Assembly: GCA_964558555.1 (NCBI GenBank)
Contig: CAZLEO010000002.1
Location: 14,612 to 78,611 of the forward strand
DNA from: an uncultured Rickettsiales bacterium
GTDB taxonomy: Bacteria > Myxococcota_A > UBA796 > UBA9615 > CAYRNR01
DNA: 64,000 nucleotides
Direction: 5' to 3'
The notes under the pieces were generated by a model. That model saw only the letters and a program-made list of their open reading frames with translations, was not told the DNA's origin and did no database searches. Position numbers and translations under genes: made by a program. Positions 48,401 through 57,554 of this stretch are shown one piece after another. Position 1 is the first letter of the stretch. Each line of letters starts with the position of its first letter.

Positions 48401-48606
48401 TCCTCGATCACTACATGACCATGGACCGTCGCGACGAGCGCACCGACGTCTTCGCGTCGCTGCTCCGCGAGGGCATCCACACCCTTCGCTACGAGGTCCA
48501 GGCCACCACCCCGGGCGAGTTCGTCGCCCCTCCGACGCGGGCCGAGGAGATGTACCACCCCGAGACCTTTGGGCGGAGCGCGACGGATCGGGTGATGGTG
48601 GAGTGA
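42439..48606 (+). CDS. Alpha-2-macroglobulin-family giant protein (2055 aa) with candidate thioester motif CSEQ
   Basis: Signal peptide MRRAIAIALLVLVPVGALG. Thioester-domain-like RYVPSCSEQVASRIL (compare the A2M PYGCGEQ motif). C-terminal signature GEFVAPPTRAEEMYHPETFGRS. The size and layout resemble bacterial A2M/YfhM-like proteins. Confidence 0.7.
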   Translation: MRRAIAIALLVLVPVGALGPVPVTAAPPEIREETIVTREEGVSPDEKYGEVASWYEPLGGLGMVLREIQIDPSSEAGASATVHPLSEERARELLQRADPIDTGETVPEPFAVRQGPRPRSQEAERIVLAADSHRSASVPEVERGTDVLEVVRYAPEGDAGRPFQVSIVFSQPMVALSAVEGTDADGFARIEPEMPGRWQWLGNRTLVFEPEGDFTPATTFDVTVPAGTRSASGGALAEALEFGFETAPIGVLYTTLEDVLQRLQPVVFVAFDRKVDREQILAQMRLEGGISRRLRLLTDEENDEVGDQYVDWFDERYGAGSWLAVRPAEPLEPNTGYSFVLGDGAGGAEQERFEPSSFPFRTYGPLRLTGHGCDSGWSSDDLTEECDGSDRWVAEFANPLERDQGSAISVTPADPEMTVETGWKGVEVRGVREAGVRYTVTIPPGLKDVHGQTLGEAVQLEFTFDSVRDRSTAQLFLPGTAMVVADPTAPPCYEFSSTDLESVRVRIHRSDDPAGDLTAWVEDYLATYDPEEPEHPRPGTLVSDEVHTLAGDEGERVETRIDLQPYLIDGHGQFILWFEPGRALGGFHFSSRRSVWVQVTDIGLTALESGGELLVWATGLTDGAPLQDVDLQLLPAGTSHSRTDAEGLARLEMSTNAEDQRWVLALRGPDKALLDSGDPVSLYESAKSWRASTWDGRSYRWYIDDPRGLYRPGETARVKGWIRDVEQSAAGFDPWAAAPPPTLDWRLYEPSWRAVHEPYSTVVIAEGTTAVDELGGFDIAADLPDDVSHGYAHLEVSVPGEPETSTADRRHAFEVEEYRKPRFTVGISPSHDTSMAGEELVFDIRTTLLTGGGLAGAELSGYVDASVASFRPPGHDEFRFGPWTPWWSGSVRGGFGGRYFYDGIADGRGEYRLGVEFASSNPPRPWLVGGAVYARDQARQRWTAYSDPVLVHPAELYVGLRSASSLVRAGEPFDVEALVVDLRGEVVHDADVRMTLVQQKGWSVVDGHHVMEEADVGECSLIAGAASRSCRFEVDEAGRYRVVARIADAANRPNQTDLYLWIAEADDDGGGTGRWSRLAVEGLELVPGTQDVQPGDTLELLVRSPVYPSTGLLTTSIHGIVLRTELFRMDGPTATLRIPIVEAHVPLVQIGVFVVAAEGGGSAGGPGRAEPRWPSSRKAAVNLSVPPLDRALEVSVEPDAADLQPGDETPLRVRVADSSGAPVQGAQVTLAVVDEAILQLSDHEWLDPLWFFYEPAYGHWLDYRHQFVGPYPGVWTGRDLRNTVLLATPPQGQADGPGNAEQTLRGTGRHPRYRPWDWVAGDPFSNMSRDIPPGVPRPIPSRKDFGPLALFEPAVLTDADGRAVVPLHAPGSLTRYRITALAATRDQFGLAESSITARRPLMVRPSPPRFLNVGDRCELPLLVENRTDLSLNVELAVQALNADLGNDDGYSSDPVGRELVLPPRTQVEVRIPVASRLPGQARFQVVASSDDFTDAVVFDVPVWTPAAAEEVAVYGTLEAGAVAVPVRAPPDVWTEAGGLQVDLYASRLQGLADAGHYLERYVPSCSEQVASRILAQLALGDTFGPTGDGSATQRRDRRRAIEADLFLLEGRQSHDGGFYTWHSSRRASPFVSVHVIHALVLARTAGFQIRDEVMDEADVYLGGLAANLDEGYPVDAARSIRAYALYVRHLMGDDDVDAARTLVAEADDGQLPLEAQGWLLRVLAAGGTEADTVPLERSIAASVTETAAGAHFVTSYGPGDPLLLHSDHRADAVILAALLEVGSHDDLVAKLAHELLANRSDGHWTNTLETALAVVALARYAEVHESRRPRVDAEVWLGDAYAGRHSFRTRDAPPSRIHVPMDHLANLDGGRDLVLSRKGRGPLYYRVGLDYVPRSPDLPALDRGFVLQRHYQAVDDPDDVWRDDQGAWHIRAGARVEVVVTVQVSDERHHVSIVDPLPAGLEFASDTVAGNQFLSDSADLHAPGWHAFLDHYMTMDRRDERTDVFASLLREGIHTLRYEVQATTPGEFVAPPTRAEEMYHPETFGRSATDRVMVE

Positions 48607-48665
48607 GGGGAGCGAGAGCGCGTTGCTGGATTGAGACTCGTCGCCTCGCGGGCCTGGATCGGTCG

Positions 48666-50141
48666 CTACAAGCTCCACGGATCGATGTCCCAGTCCCGTT
48701 GATGGGCTTCTCCCGGGATCGGGACCAGGTCCTGGGGCCCCAGGTAGGCGGTCTCTCCCCCGGTGATCGTGACCGCCCCCTCCCAGGCTTCGAAGCCCCC
48801 GATCTTGATGCGCACGATCACGCTCCCGGCATCGACGGAATCACAACGTAGATACCGGGAGCGGAGCAGACAGGACAGGTGGTCCCGTCCGTGCTGTGGG
48901 TGCGTCGCGAGGACCTCGACGTGAGCGTCGTCAGGGGTATCCGACGGCAGGAGCGCTTCGAGGGTGCCGCCTGGATGGAGGGTCACGTCCAGGACGGTCT
49001 CTCCCTGCTGAAGACGTGCCCCTTCCCAGCCGTATCCTTCCGCGGTGCACTCGACGAAGGAGCCCAGGGGCGTCGTGTTGCATACGTCGGCGAGGCCGTC
49101 TCGGTCCGTGTGGACGACCTCGCCGGAGCTGAGGGCGCTGCGGTCCGTTCGCAGGGTCGCGACCACGCGGACGTAGGCGCCGGGTATCGGCCTGCCCTCC
49201 TCGTCATGGACGAAGACGGACCAGCAGCTGTCGGGCTCGAGCTCGATCGTGGCGGGTTCCGGGCAGGCGCCACCGTCGTGCCAGTGCAGCTCGACGAACG
49301 AGGGCCGATACCCGTCCAGGTCCGCGTGGATCGTCCAGTCGCCGGACAGCAGCGAGGGAAGGGCGAAGCTGCCGTCCTCGTCGCTGTTCGTGGTGTACGA
49401 GAAGTATCGGCCGCGCGTCTCCGGGTGCCTGGCCGAGTAGGCGTCGGGGTCGCCGCGGAGCATGTCGCCCAGGTAGTGGGAGGGATCCGCAGCCACCTGA
49501 GCTACGAGGGGTTCACCGTTCACGTCACGCACCTCGCCTCGGATGGAGCAGGCCTCCTCGAGGACGATGTCGCGGCGGATACGAAACGGCAGCTCGTCCT
49601 CTTCAGGTGGGTCGTGCTCCTCCCCGCGGCCTGGTCTCGGCCTGGTGGTCGCCGCGGCCATGCGTAGCGGGCAGATGTCCTGGGGTGGCAGCTCGTAGTC
49701 GCCCTGCTCGTCCGTCTCGATGCCGGTGTCGATCCAGGTTCCGCCCCCCACGGATCCCGTTCGCTTGTTGGTCAGGATCTCGATTCGAGCCCGCTGTGCG
49801 GGGGTCGTGTCAGCCCAGCGGACCGACCCGAACGGCTGACAAGGCGGCGGTCGATTCGCGGGATCGTTCATGACCCGCAGGCGCATGGCCATGACCTCGT
49901 CCAGCCACTCGGTGTGGAACGGCTCGGTGCCGAAGAGGTCGTCGCGGGGGACGTGTCCGGCGGAATGGGAGCGGTCTGCGGGAAGGGTGGTCTGGTCATC
50001 CACGCTCGGCCCGGGACGCCCCTCCGAAGCGGGGCTGCTGCGGTCGGTGACCGACCGCCCGAGGACGATCACCACCACCGCCAGGACGAGGACCGACACG
50101 ACCGCGAACAGCCGCTTCGTGGGCCACGCTGGCTCTCCCAT
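48666..50141 (-). CDS. Membrane-anchored protein with two carboxypeptidase-regulatory-like (prealbumin-fold) domains
   Basis: N-terminal TM LFAVVSVLVLAVVVIVL. Motifs DEDGSFALPSLLSGDWTIHADLDGYRP and GEVRDVNGEPLVAQV resemble CarboxypepD_reg-like domains. Confidence 0.55.
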   Translation of the reverse strand: MGEPAWPTKRLFAVVSVLVLAVVVIVLGRSVTDRSSPASEGRPGPSVDDQTTLPADRSHSAGHVPRDDLFGTEPFHTEWLDEVMAMRLRVMNDPANRPPPCQPFGSVRWADTTPAQRARIEILTNKRTGSVGGGTWIDTGIETDEQGDYELPPQDICPLRMAAATTRPRPGRGEEHDPPEEDELPFRIRRDIVLEEACSIRGEVRDVNGEPLVAQVAADPSHYLGDMLRGDPDAYSARHPETRGRYFSYTTNSDEDGSFALPSLLSGDWTIHADLDGYRPSFVELHWHDGGACPEPATIELEPDSCWSVFVHDEEGRPIPGAYVRVVATLRTDRSALSSGEVVHTDRDGLADVCNTTPLGSFVECTAEGYGWEGARLQQGETVLDVTLHPGGTLEALLPSDTPDDAHVEVLATHPQHGRDHLSCLLRSRYLRCDSVDAGSVIVRIKIGGFEAWEGAVTITGGETAYLGPQDLVPIPGEAHQRDWDIDPWSL

Positions 50142-50248
50142 CCCCGGACCCTCCCCTCGTGTGGTCGCCCGTAGAGTCTACACGTGTATCCGATTGTGGC
50201 CCTTGATACGCTCGTGTCACGTGAGCGTTCCATGCGTGATCGCGAGGT

Positions 50249-53200
50249 GTGACCGCGTGGGGGCGGACGTTCTGGGAAGTCGATCTGGTGATCGTTCGTA
50301 AGGCGATTCTGCTGCTCCTGGTCCTTGGATCGTGCTCCTCGCCTGGTCGGGCCGAGGGGAGCGACGACGAGCGGTTGCGGATCATCGTTCGCGAAGTCCA
50401 GCACCAGGCGACACAGACGCCCGAAGGGGGCGGAGCTGTCGGTCGGCCCCTCACCGCGGAGGAGATCGAGGCGCTGCTGGGGAGAGTGGAGCCCCTGCCC
50501 GCTGTTCCGACGGCCGACGCGTCGTTCACGGTGCTCGGATCGAGGGCTCGTCCGCGGGGGACCGACGCCGCCGTCGACGCGCCGTTCCCGCCGGCGAGGG
50601 GGCAGCGCGCCGAGGTCCCGCACGCCGATGGTGCGGAGGAGTCGGGCGTACTGGAGGTCCTGCGGTTCGCGCCGGACGGGGTGGTGGACCGCGAAGCGGT
50701 GGTGTCCGTCACGTTCTCGCAGCCCATGGTCGGGGTGGGGGAGCAGGCGCGAGTGGGAATCCCAACGCCTGCTCGCCTGGAGCCCGAGCTCCCGGGGACC
50801 TGGCAGTGGTTGGGGACCCGGACGCTGGTCTTCGAGCCCGCGGAGTCGCTCCCACCGGCCAGCCGGTTCGAGGTCACCGTGCCCGCCTCGACGCAGTCGA
50901 TGCGCGGCGAGGAGCTCGCCGAAGATGTGACGTTCGGCTTCTCGACGCCGCCCCCACGGCTGCGCTCCGGGTCCCCGACCGGCACCGTGCAGGATCGATC
51001 TCCGGTCGTCTTCCTCGTCTTCGATCAGGTCGTGGTCGGGTCCCAGGCCGCAGAGCGGATCGAGCTGGTGGGAGAACGGAGCCACGAGCTGCGACCGGCC
51101 ACCACGGAGGAGATCCGCCAGGAGGAGGAGCCTGACTGGTTCGACAGACGCTACGGTGCCGGCCGCTGGATCGCGCTCGAGCCCGTCGAGCCCCTGCCCC
51201 TCGCCACCGAGTTCAAGGTGACGGTGGCGCCGGTGCCCGGCGTGCCGGACGCACCCCTGCGTGAGCGAGAGGACGACTCGTTCACGTTCACCACGTTCGG
51301 GCCGCTGGAGATCGTGGCCCACCACGGGATGTACGAGTCCGAGTCGTCGGCCTGCCCGGTGGTATCACCGTGGGAGATCGTCCTGAACAACCCCCTCGAT
51401 CCCGACCGGCCGCCCACGGTCTCAGTGCGCCCGGAGCTGCCCGGACTCGAGATCACCGTCGAGGGGAACAAGCTGATCGTCGACGGTGAGCGGGACCGCG
51501 AGACGACCTACACCGTCACCGTCCACGGGGGGCTGCGCGACGTCCACGGCCAGACGCTGGGACGTTCCAGGCAGGTGGTGTTCCGGACCATCCCCTCGCG
51601 GCGGTACCTCGCCGGCCCGCGCGGCGAGCTGATCACCCTGGATCCCGCGGGCCCTGCGACCGTCCCCGTGTACACGGTCAACCACGACTCTCTGAGGGTG
51701 CGCATCCACCGCGTGGACGACGTGATGGGCGACTGGGAGACCTGGCTGCGCTTCTTTCATACGACAGCTCATCCCCGCCAGTGGGACGACCGCCCCCCAC
51801 TGCCTCCCCTGCCGGGGACGGTCCTGTTCGACGCCGAGGTGGACATCGTGGGTGCCCTGGATGATCTCGCCGAGACGCCCGTGGACCTGTCGCCGTACCT
51901 GGTCGATGGCCACGGGCAGTTCATGCTCTGGATCGAACCGACGGACCAGGATGAGTCGTCGCGGAGGATCGACGAGGTGGTCGCCTGGGTCCAGGTCACC
52001 GATCTCGGGCTGACCGCATTCAGCGACCAGGACCAGTTGTTGATCTGGGTCACCGACCTGGCGACAGGGCAGCCGCTGGAGGGCGTGCCGGTCGATCTCC
52101 TCCCCGGAGCCGAGCCGGGGGTTCCGAGCGATGCCGCGGGATGGGTCCGGATCGAGCGGCCCGGTCTGGAGAAGTTGGCCGTGGCGCGGCGCGGTACGGA
52201 CGTGGCGATCCTGCCCGAATTCGACATGTCCTGGACCGATCACTGCCACTGGCACCGGTATTACGACCGCCCCCCTCGGCAGATCTGGTTCGTGATGGAC
52301 GACCGGGGACTGTACCGACCGGGTGAGACCGTCCATCTCAAGGGATGGCTGCGGAACAGGAACCGGGAGACCGACGAGGTCACGCCGCGTATCGAGGGTC
52401 TGCCCGAGGAGGTCCAGTGGCGATTGTGGCAGCCCACGGCGTACGGGGACGACCCGCCCGCCGATCTGGCCAGAGGTGACGCCGCGGTCGGCGATCTGGG
52501 TGGCTTCTCCGTGGAGCTCGAGCTGCCGGCGGACATGGAGCCGGGAGACGCGCACCTGACGTTCTGGCCGGCGGGAGTGGAGAACCCCGGCTGGGCCGAA
52601 CGGCATGTCCACGATTTCCGCGTCGAGGCGATGCGGAATCCAGAGTTCACCGTCGCCCTGTCGGCCGGTCCCGGCCCTGTGGTGGCGGGGGAAGAGGTCG
52701 TCGTCGGTGCGACCACGTCGTACTTCAGCGGGGGCGGCCTCCCGGGCGCGTACACCTATTGGCGGCTGACCGCGCGGGGCACCCGCTATCACCCACCGGG
52801 CCACGAAGACTATGGATTCGGTTTCACCCAGCTGGGGCGCGTGGACGGACCCAGCATGGGATTCCTGGGATCGAAGGGTCTGAGTGGCCGGACCGATGCG
52901 GCGGGTGAGCACCAGATCGCCGTATCGCTGGCCGACCTCGATCCGATGGTGCCGGTCGCCGTCGAGGTGCAGGTGACCGTCGCCGACGTGAACCGCCAGC
53001 GGTGGGCCGCCACGGAGCGCCTGGTCGTGCATCCGGCGCAGCTGTACGTGGGGCTGAAGCCGGTGCGCGACGTCGTCGTCGAGGGCGAGCCCGTCGAGCT
53101 GGACGTGATCGTGGTGGACCTGGACGGAGTCCCGGTCCCCGGCATCGACGTCGAGCTGAGCATGGCCCGGCGCCAGTGGAAGATCAGCGACGGTCGCCGG

Positions 53201-56200
53201 GTGGTCTTCGAGACCGATCCGATGGAGTCGCGCACGACGTCGGAGGACGTCGCGAGGCGTGTCTCCTTCGTACCGGCGGGACCGGGAGTCCAGATCATCG
53301 AGGCCGCGGTCGTCGACGCCCACGGTCGCCGCGCGGCGACCGGAATGCGCGTCTGGGTCGCCGGTGCCTCGGTGCCGTCCGGCCTCGGTGCAGATGCCGC
53401 AGAGGTCGCGGTCACGCTGGTCCCGGAGGACGCCGAGGTCCAGCCCGGTGACGTGGCTCGCATCCACGTCACGGCTCCCTTCTACCCGGCCCACGGCGTG
53501 GTGACGGTCCGGCAGCGCAACGTGCTGACCTTCGAGACCCTCGAACTCCTGGAACCCTCGACCGTCGTGGAGTTGGATGTCCAACAGCGGCATCTGCCGC
53601 AGTTCACGGTGCAGGTGGATCTGGTCGGCTCCAGGATCGGAGACGACGGGCGGCTCCACGTGGCTCACGCGACCGGCGAGGTGACCCTGCATGTTCCGCC
53701 GAGCGATCACCGGCTGGATGTCGAGGTCGCGCCGCGTGACGAGGTCGTCGAGCCCGGCGGCCGGACAGAGATCGCCGTCGTCGTGACCGATCGGTCCGGT
53801 GAACCGGTGGCCGGGGCCGAGGTGGCGGTGTTCGTCGTGGACGAGGCGGTCCATGCGGTGAGCGGGTACGAGCTGCGACATCCCCTCGACGCCATGTACA
53901 CGCCGTCAGCGTGCTACGTGGACGACTTCCGCGGACGCGAGTACGTGGCCTCGTTCGACCAGGAGGCGGCTCGGGCCCGGGCGAGGGATCGCGAGAGCAC
54001 CCACTACTACTACCAGCTCCATCCGGAGCACGCGCATCGGTACTGCATCATCGACGATGGCAGTGACGGCGATGAAGGGGACTACTCCACGCCGGTGTCG
54101 GCCCTTCCGATCCGAGTCCGAGGCGACTTCGATCCGGTCGCCCTCTTCGTTCCAGCGGCGACCACGGACGAGCAGGGACGGGTACGCGTCCCGGTCGAAC
54201 TCCCCGACTCGCTCACTCGATATCGGGTGATGGCCGTCGTCGCCACCGTCGAGGACTTCGGCGCCGGGGAGGACTCGATCACGGCGCGTCTGCCACTGAT
54301 GGTCCGACCGTCTCCACCACGCTTCGTCGCTGCGGTCGATCGTTTCGAGTTGCCCGTCGTACTCCACAACCACACCGGCGATCCCCTCGACGTGGCGCTG
54401 GCCGTGCACGGGGACAACGCCGTCTTCGCCGAGGCCCTCGACCGGCTCGAACCCGGCGCGGTCGCAGGAGACAACACCTCGGGTGTAGCCCTCACCGTCC
54501 CCCCCCACGATCGGATGGAGGTCCGATTCCCCGCCGCGGCCGTTCAGACGGGGACCGCGCGTTTCCAGGCCGTGGCTGCGGCAGGCGTGTACGCGGACGC
54601 GTCCACCTTCGAGCTGCCGGTGAAGGCCCCGCTGCCCCTCGAGTCCTACGCGACCTACGGCACCCTCGACGGGGGCTCGCTCGCGTATGATCTGGGTCTC
54701 CCTGCCGACGCCTGGGAAGGATTCGGCGGGCTGGAGATCGACCTCTCACCCTCGCGCCAGGGCGAGCTGGTGGATGCCAGGCGCTACCTGCGGCGCTATC
54801 CCTTCGCCTGCAGCGAGCAGATCGCCAGTCGCGTGCTCGCCCTGGCCGGGCCACGACACCCGGCGGCTCGACAGGGACCGGGGACTTCTGCGAGAGGGCT
54901 GCGCAGGGCCCTCGACCAGGACCTGGCCGAGATCGTGGCGCGCCATAACGACGACGGCGGCTGGCCCCTGTGGGCCAGGGGCCACGATTCCCTCCCCTTC
55001 CTCTCGGTCCACGTGACCCACGCCCTGGTCCGCGCCCGGGAGCGCGGCCACGACGTCCCGGACGCGACGCTCGTTCAGGCCACCGCCTACCTGGCGAACA
55101 TCGACGGCCACCTCCCCGGCACCCTGTCGCCGCGGACTCGATGGACCATCCGCGCGTACGCGCTGAACGTACGCTTCCGCCACGACGGCACCGGCACTGA
55201 TGCGGCTGCCGCGCTGCTCGCAGAGGTGGGGGTGGAGGACCTCCCCGAAGAGGCGATGGGGTGGCTGCTGCCGGTGCTGGCGGGGGGTGGGGAGGCCGAC
55301 GCTGCGGCACGTATCCGGCAACAGCTGCGCGACACCGTCACCGAGACCGCCGACACCGCGCACTTCGACTCGGGCTATGGACGAGACGGATTCCGTGTGT
55401 TCCACGGCAGCTTCCGGGCCGACGCCGTCATCCTGGAGTCCCTGATCGACGTCGATCCGGACAGCGACCTGATCCCCAAGCTCGCCAGGGGCCTGCTGGC
55501 CAGCCGCGTGGACGGCCGCTGGCTCAACACCCAGGACACCGGCTTCGTCACGCGGGCCCTGACCCGGTACTTCGAGACCCACCAGGGTCATCGGCCGAGG
55601 TTCGTCACGCGTGTGTGGATCGGGGATCGCTTCGCGGGCAAGCGTGCGTTCCGTCCGGCCCGCCTCGAGTCAGCCCGTATCCGGGTCCCCCTGGCGACCC
55701 TCGCCGAGACACCCGACGGCCAGCAGCTGACCCTGGCGATGAAGGGCAAGGGACGGCTCCACTACCGGATCGGGATCGAGTTCGCCCCGCTCGATCCCGG
55801 TCAGCCTCCGCTGGATCGAGGATTCGGCATCGAGCGCGAGTACCGCGCCCTCGACGATCCCGAGGACGTCAGGCAGGGCGCGGACGGCACGTGGCACATC
55901 CGGGCGGGAGCCCGCGTCCAGGTACGCCTCGTCCTGGATTCGAGCTCGCACCACCACCACGTGGCCCTGGTCGATCCGCTGCCCGCGGGCCTGGAGCCGG
56001 TCAACCTCGCGCTCGAGGGCACGGGTCGCGCCGACCGATCCAACGAGTGGTGGTGGCGCTACTGGTACGACCACGAGGCCATGCACGACGACCGCGTCGA
56101 GGTCTTCGCGGAGCAACTGTGGGAGGGCGCGGTCGTCTACACCTACATCGCCGAGGCCACGACTCCGGGGATCTTCGTCGCGCCAGCAGCTCGGGCCGAG

Positions 56201-56260
56201 GAGATGTACCGGCCGGAGATTTTCGGCCGCACCGGGACCGGGTGGGTGGTGATCGAGTAG
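50249..56260 (+). CDS. Alpha-2-macroglobulin-family giant protein, paralog 2 (~2000 aa), lipoprotein, with candidate CSEQ thioester motif
   Basis: Collinear similarity to 42439..48606 (VLEVLRFAPDG...SVTFSQPMVGV...PGTWQWLGTRTLVFEP; RYPFACSEQIASRVL; C-terminus GIFVAPAARAEEMYRPEIFGRT). Signal plus lipobox LLLLVLGSC. The true start may be a downstream GTG. Confidence 0.7.
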   Translation: MTAWGRTFWEVDLVIVRKAILLLLVLGSCSSPGRAEGSDDERLRIIVREVQHQATQTPEGGGAVGRPLTAEEIEALLGRVEPLPAVPTADASFTVLGSRARPRGTDAAVDAPFPPARGQRAEVPHADGAEESGVLEVLRFAPDGVVDREAVVSVTFSQPMVGVGEQARVGIPTPARLEPELPGTWQWLGTRTLVFEPAESLPPASRFEVTVPASTQSMRGEELAEDVTFGFSTPPPRLRSGSPTGTVQDRSPVVFLVFDQVVVGSQAAERIELVGERSHELRPATTEEIRQEEEPDWFDRRYGAGRWIALEPVEPLPLATEFKVTVAPVPGVPDAPLREREDDSFTFTTFGPLEIVAHHGMYESESSACPVVSPWEIVLNNPLDPDRPPTVSVRPELPGLEITVEGNKLIVDGERDRETTYTVTVHGGLRDVHGQTLGRSRQVVFRTIPSRRYLAGPRGELITLDPAGPATVPVYTVNHDSLRVRIHRVDDVMGDWETWLRFFHTTAHPRQWDDRPPLPPLPGTVLFDAEVDIVGALDDLAETPVDLSPYLVDGHGQFMLWIEPTDQDESSRRIDEVVAWVQVTDLGLTAFSDQDQLLIWVTDLATGQPLEGVPVDLLPGAEPGVPSDAAGWVRIERPGLEKLAVARRGTDVAILPEFDMSWTDHCHWHRYYDRPPRQIWFVMDDRGLYRPGETVHLKGWLRNRNRETDEVTPRIEGLPEEVQWRLWQPTAYGDDPPADLARGDAAVGDLGGFSVELELPADMEPGDAHLTFWPAGVENPGWAERHVHDFRVEAMRNPEFTVALSAGPGPVVAGEEVVVGATTSYFSGGGLPGAYTYWRLTARGTRYHPPGHEDYGFGFTQLGRVDGPSMGFLGSKGLSGRTDAAGEHQIAVSLADLDPMVPVAVEVQVTVADVNRQRWAATERLVVHPAQLYVGLKPVRDVVVEGEPVELDVIVVDLDGVPVPGIDVELSMARRQWKISDGRRVVFETDPMESRTTSEDVARRVSFVPAGPGVQIIEAAVVDAHGRRAATGMRVWVAGASVPSGLGADAAEVAVTLVPEDAEVQPGDVARIHVTAPFYPAHGVVTVRQRNVLTFETLELLEPSTVVELDVQQRHLPQFTVQVDLVGSRIGDDGRLHVAHATGEVTLHVPPSDHRLDVEVAPRDEVVEPGGRTEIAVVVTDRSGEPVAGAEVAVFVVDEAVHAVSGYELRHPLDAMYTPSACYVDDFRGREYVASFDQEAARARARDRESTHYYYQLHPEHAHRYCIIDDGSDGDEGDYSTPVSALPIRVRGDFDPVALFVPAATTDEQGRVRVPVELPDSLTRYRVMAVVATVEDFGAGEDSITARLPLMVRPSPPRFVAAVDRFELPVVLHNHTGDPLDVALAVHGDNAVFAEALDRLEPGAVAGDNTSGVALTVPPHDRMEVRFPAAAVQTGTARFQAVAAAGVYADASTFELPVKAPLPLESYATYGTLDGGSLAYDLGLPADAWEGFGGLEIDLSPSRQGELVDARRYLRRYPFACSEQIASRVLALAGPRHPAARQGPGTSARGLRRALDQDLAEIVARHNDDGGWPLWARGHDSLPFLSVHVTHALVRARERGHDVPDATLVQATAYLANIDGHLPGTLSPRTRWTIRAYALNVRFRHDGTGTDAAAALLAEVGVEDLPEEAMGWLLPVLAGGGEADAAARIRQQLRDTVTETADTAHFDSGYGRDGFRVFHGSFRADAVILESLIDVDPDSDLIPKLARGLLASRVDGRWLNTQDTGFVTRALTRYFETHQGHRPRFVTRVWIGDRFAGKRAFRPARLESARIRVPLATLAETPDGQQLTLAMKGKGRLHYRIGIEFAPLDPGQPPLDRGFGIEREYRALDDPEDVRQGADGTWHIRAGARVQVRLVLDSSSHHHHVALVDPLPAGLEPVNLALEGTGRADRSNEWWWRYWYDHEAMHDDRVEVFAEQLWEGAVVYTYIAEATTPGIFVAPAARAEEMYRPEIFGRTGTGWVVIE

Positions 56261-56319
56261 TCGATCCCGGCCGACGACCCGGCTTGACCGCCGCTGTGTC
56301 ACCTCCCACGATCCACTCC

Positions 56320-56868
56320 ATGCAGTACGAGCTCGCCACCCGCGTTGGATCCGGGGTCGTCCGCCACACCCTCGACGGCGACTACATGACCGTGGAGTAC
56401 GAAAAGACGGGCCGGCGCGACGTGATCCCGCTGGACGACGTCACGCAGCTGCACCTGCTGCGCGAGTTCGCGGGGATCTACCGGATGAAGGTCTCGCGGC
56501 GGCGCGGAAGGACGCTGTCCATCCCGTCGAGGCATTTCGAGGCGGTTGGGCAGTTCGAGGACCGGGGTCCGCAGTACGCCGAGTTCGTGCGTACGCTCCA
56601 CGCCGAGTGCCACCGCGTCACGCCGCGCACCAGGTTCGTGGCGGGGTCGACGTTCTTGTTCTGGCTGGGCTGGTTCTTCGTCGTCTGCGGCGCTGCGCTG
56701 GGGCTCCTCCTGTTGCAGGACATGGCGGCCGCGCCCTGGGCTCCGCCGCTGAAGCTCGTATGGATCCTGCCGATGATGGCCGTGGTGGGGGCGTCGCTCA
56801 TCGTGCAGGGGAGGCGGGTGCGGTACGAGCACCACTCGATCCCTGCGAAGTTCCTGCCGGGTGGCTGA
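56320..56868 (+). CDS. Hypothetical membrane protein
   Basis: 182 aa with two C-terminal TM helices. No recognised domain. Confidence 0.45.
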   Translation: MQYELATRVGSGVVRHTLDGDYMTVEYEKTGRRDVIPLDDVTQLHLLREFAGIYRMKVSRRRGRTLSIPSRHFEAVGQFEDRGPQYAEFVRTLHAECHRVTPRTRFVAGSTFLFWLGWFFVVCGAALGLLLLQDMAAAPWAPPLKLVWILPMMAVVGASLIVQGRRVRYEHHSIPAKFLPGG

Positions 56869-56903
56869 CCGCTGCGAGCCTGATCTCGCAGAACCTCGAA
56901 GGT

Positions 56904-57554
56904 TCAGAATCGCCCGACAACGGCCACGCCGGCCTCCGTGGAGGTCGCCCACGGGACGAACACGGGAACGCTCGCGGTCGCCGTCGCGGGCACCTGCTTG
57001 CTCGACGCAGCGGTGATGATCCCCGGGATCAGCATCCCCAGCGCCACGCCAGCGTGGGCGGTGATCATGATCCAGGGGAGCGGCGCGAGGGCCGGGCCCG
57101 GGCCCATGCCGTAGCTGTCGTCGGGATCCGAACTCTCCGACGTGATGGCGAGCTGTATGACCAGGTCGACCAGGGCCACCAGTCCGCTGTAGGCCGCCCC
57201 CTCGAACAGGCCGATGGAGAGGGCCCGCAGGTCTGACGCGGGGGTGCCGTCCGAGAGGAGGCGACGGAAGCCGTCGGCGGTGATCGGCGCGAACGGGATG
57301 CTCACGCCGTGAACGATGGGCCGCCCGACGCTGTACAGGTAGAAGTCCGTTCGTCCCACCGCGACCATCGTCAGGCCGACACCCTGCACCACCAGTCCCG
57401 AGACGACCATCGCGCGCCCCTGGCGCACCGTCTTGTCGCGGTCGGGGTCGGCATCGGCGGCGAACGCCGGGACCACGGATGCCACGGCCATGGCCAGTGC
57501 GATCGCGATGCTCCACGCGTCCGCGGTCCTTGTCCTCGTGCGGGCGCGGCTCAT
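56904..57554 (-). CDS. Hypothetical secreted or membrane protein, last gene of the kor-rubredoxin operon
   Basis: Start MSRARTRTRTADAWSIAIALAMAVASVVPAFAAD with signal peptide and RBS GGAGGAG. Hydrophobic C-terminal half. Confidence 0.5.
   Translation of the reverse strand: MSRARTRTRTADAWSIAIALAMAVASVVPAFAADADPDRDKTVRQGRAMVVSGLVVQGVGLTMVAVGRTDFYLYSVGRPIVHGVSIPFAPITADGFRRLLSDGTPASDLRALSIGLFEGAAYSGLVALVDLVIQLAITSESSDPDDSYGMGPGPALAPLPWIMITAHAGVALGMLIPGIITAASSKQVPATATASVPVFVPWATSTEAGVAVVGRF

Noticed and set aside
50198-50212. Sigma-54-like motif TGGCCC-N5-ACGC upstream of A2M paralog 2
   Set aside because: Two mismatches in the critical -12 element (ACGC versus TTGC). Too weak to call.
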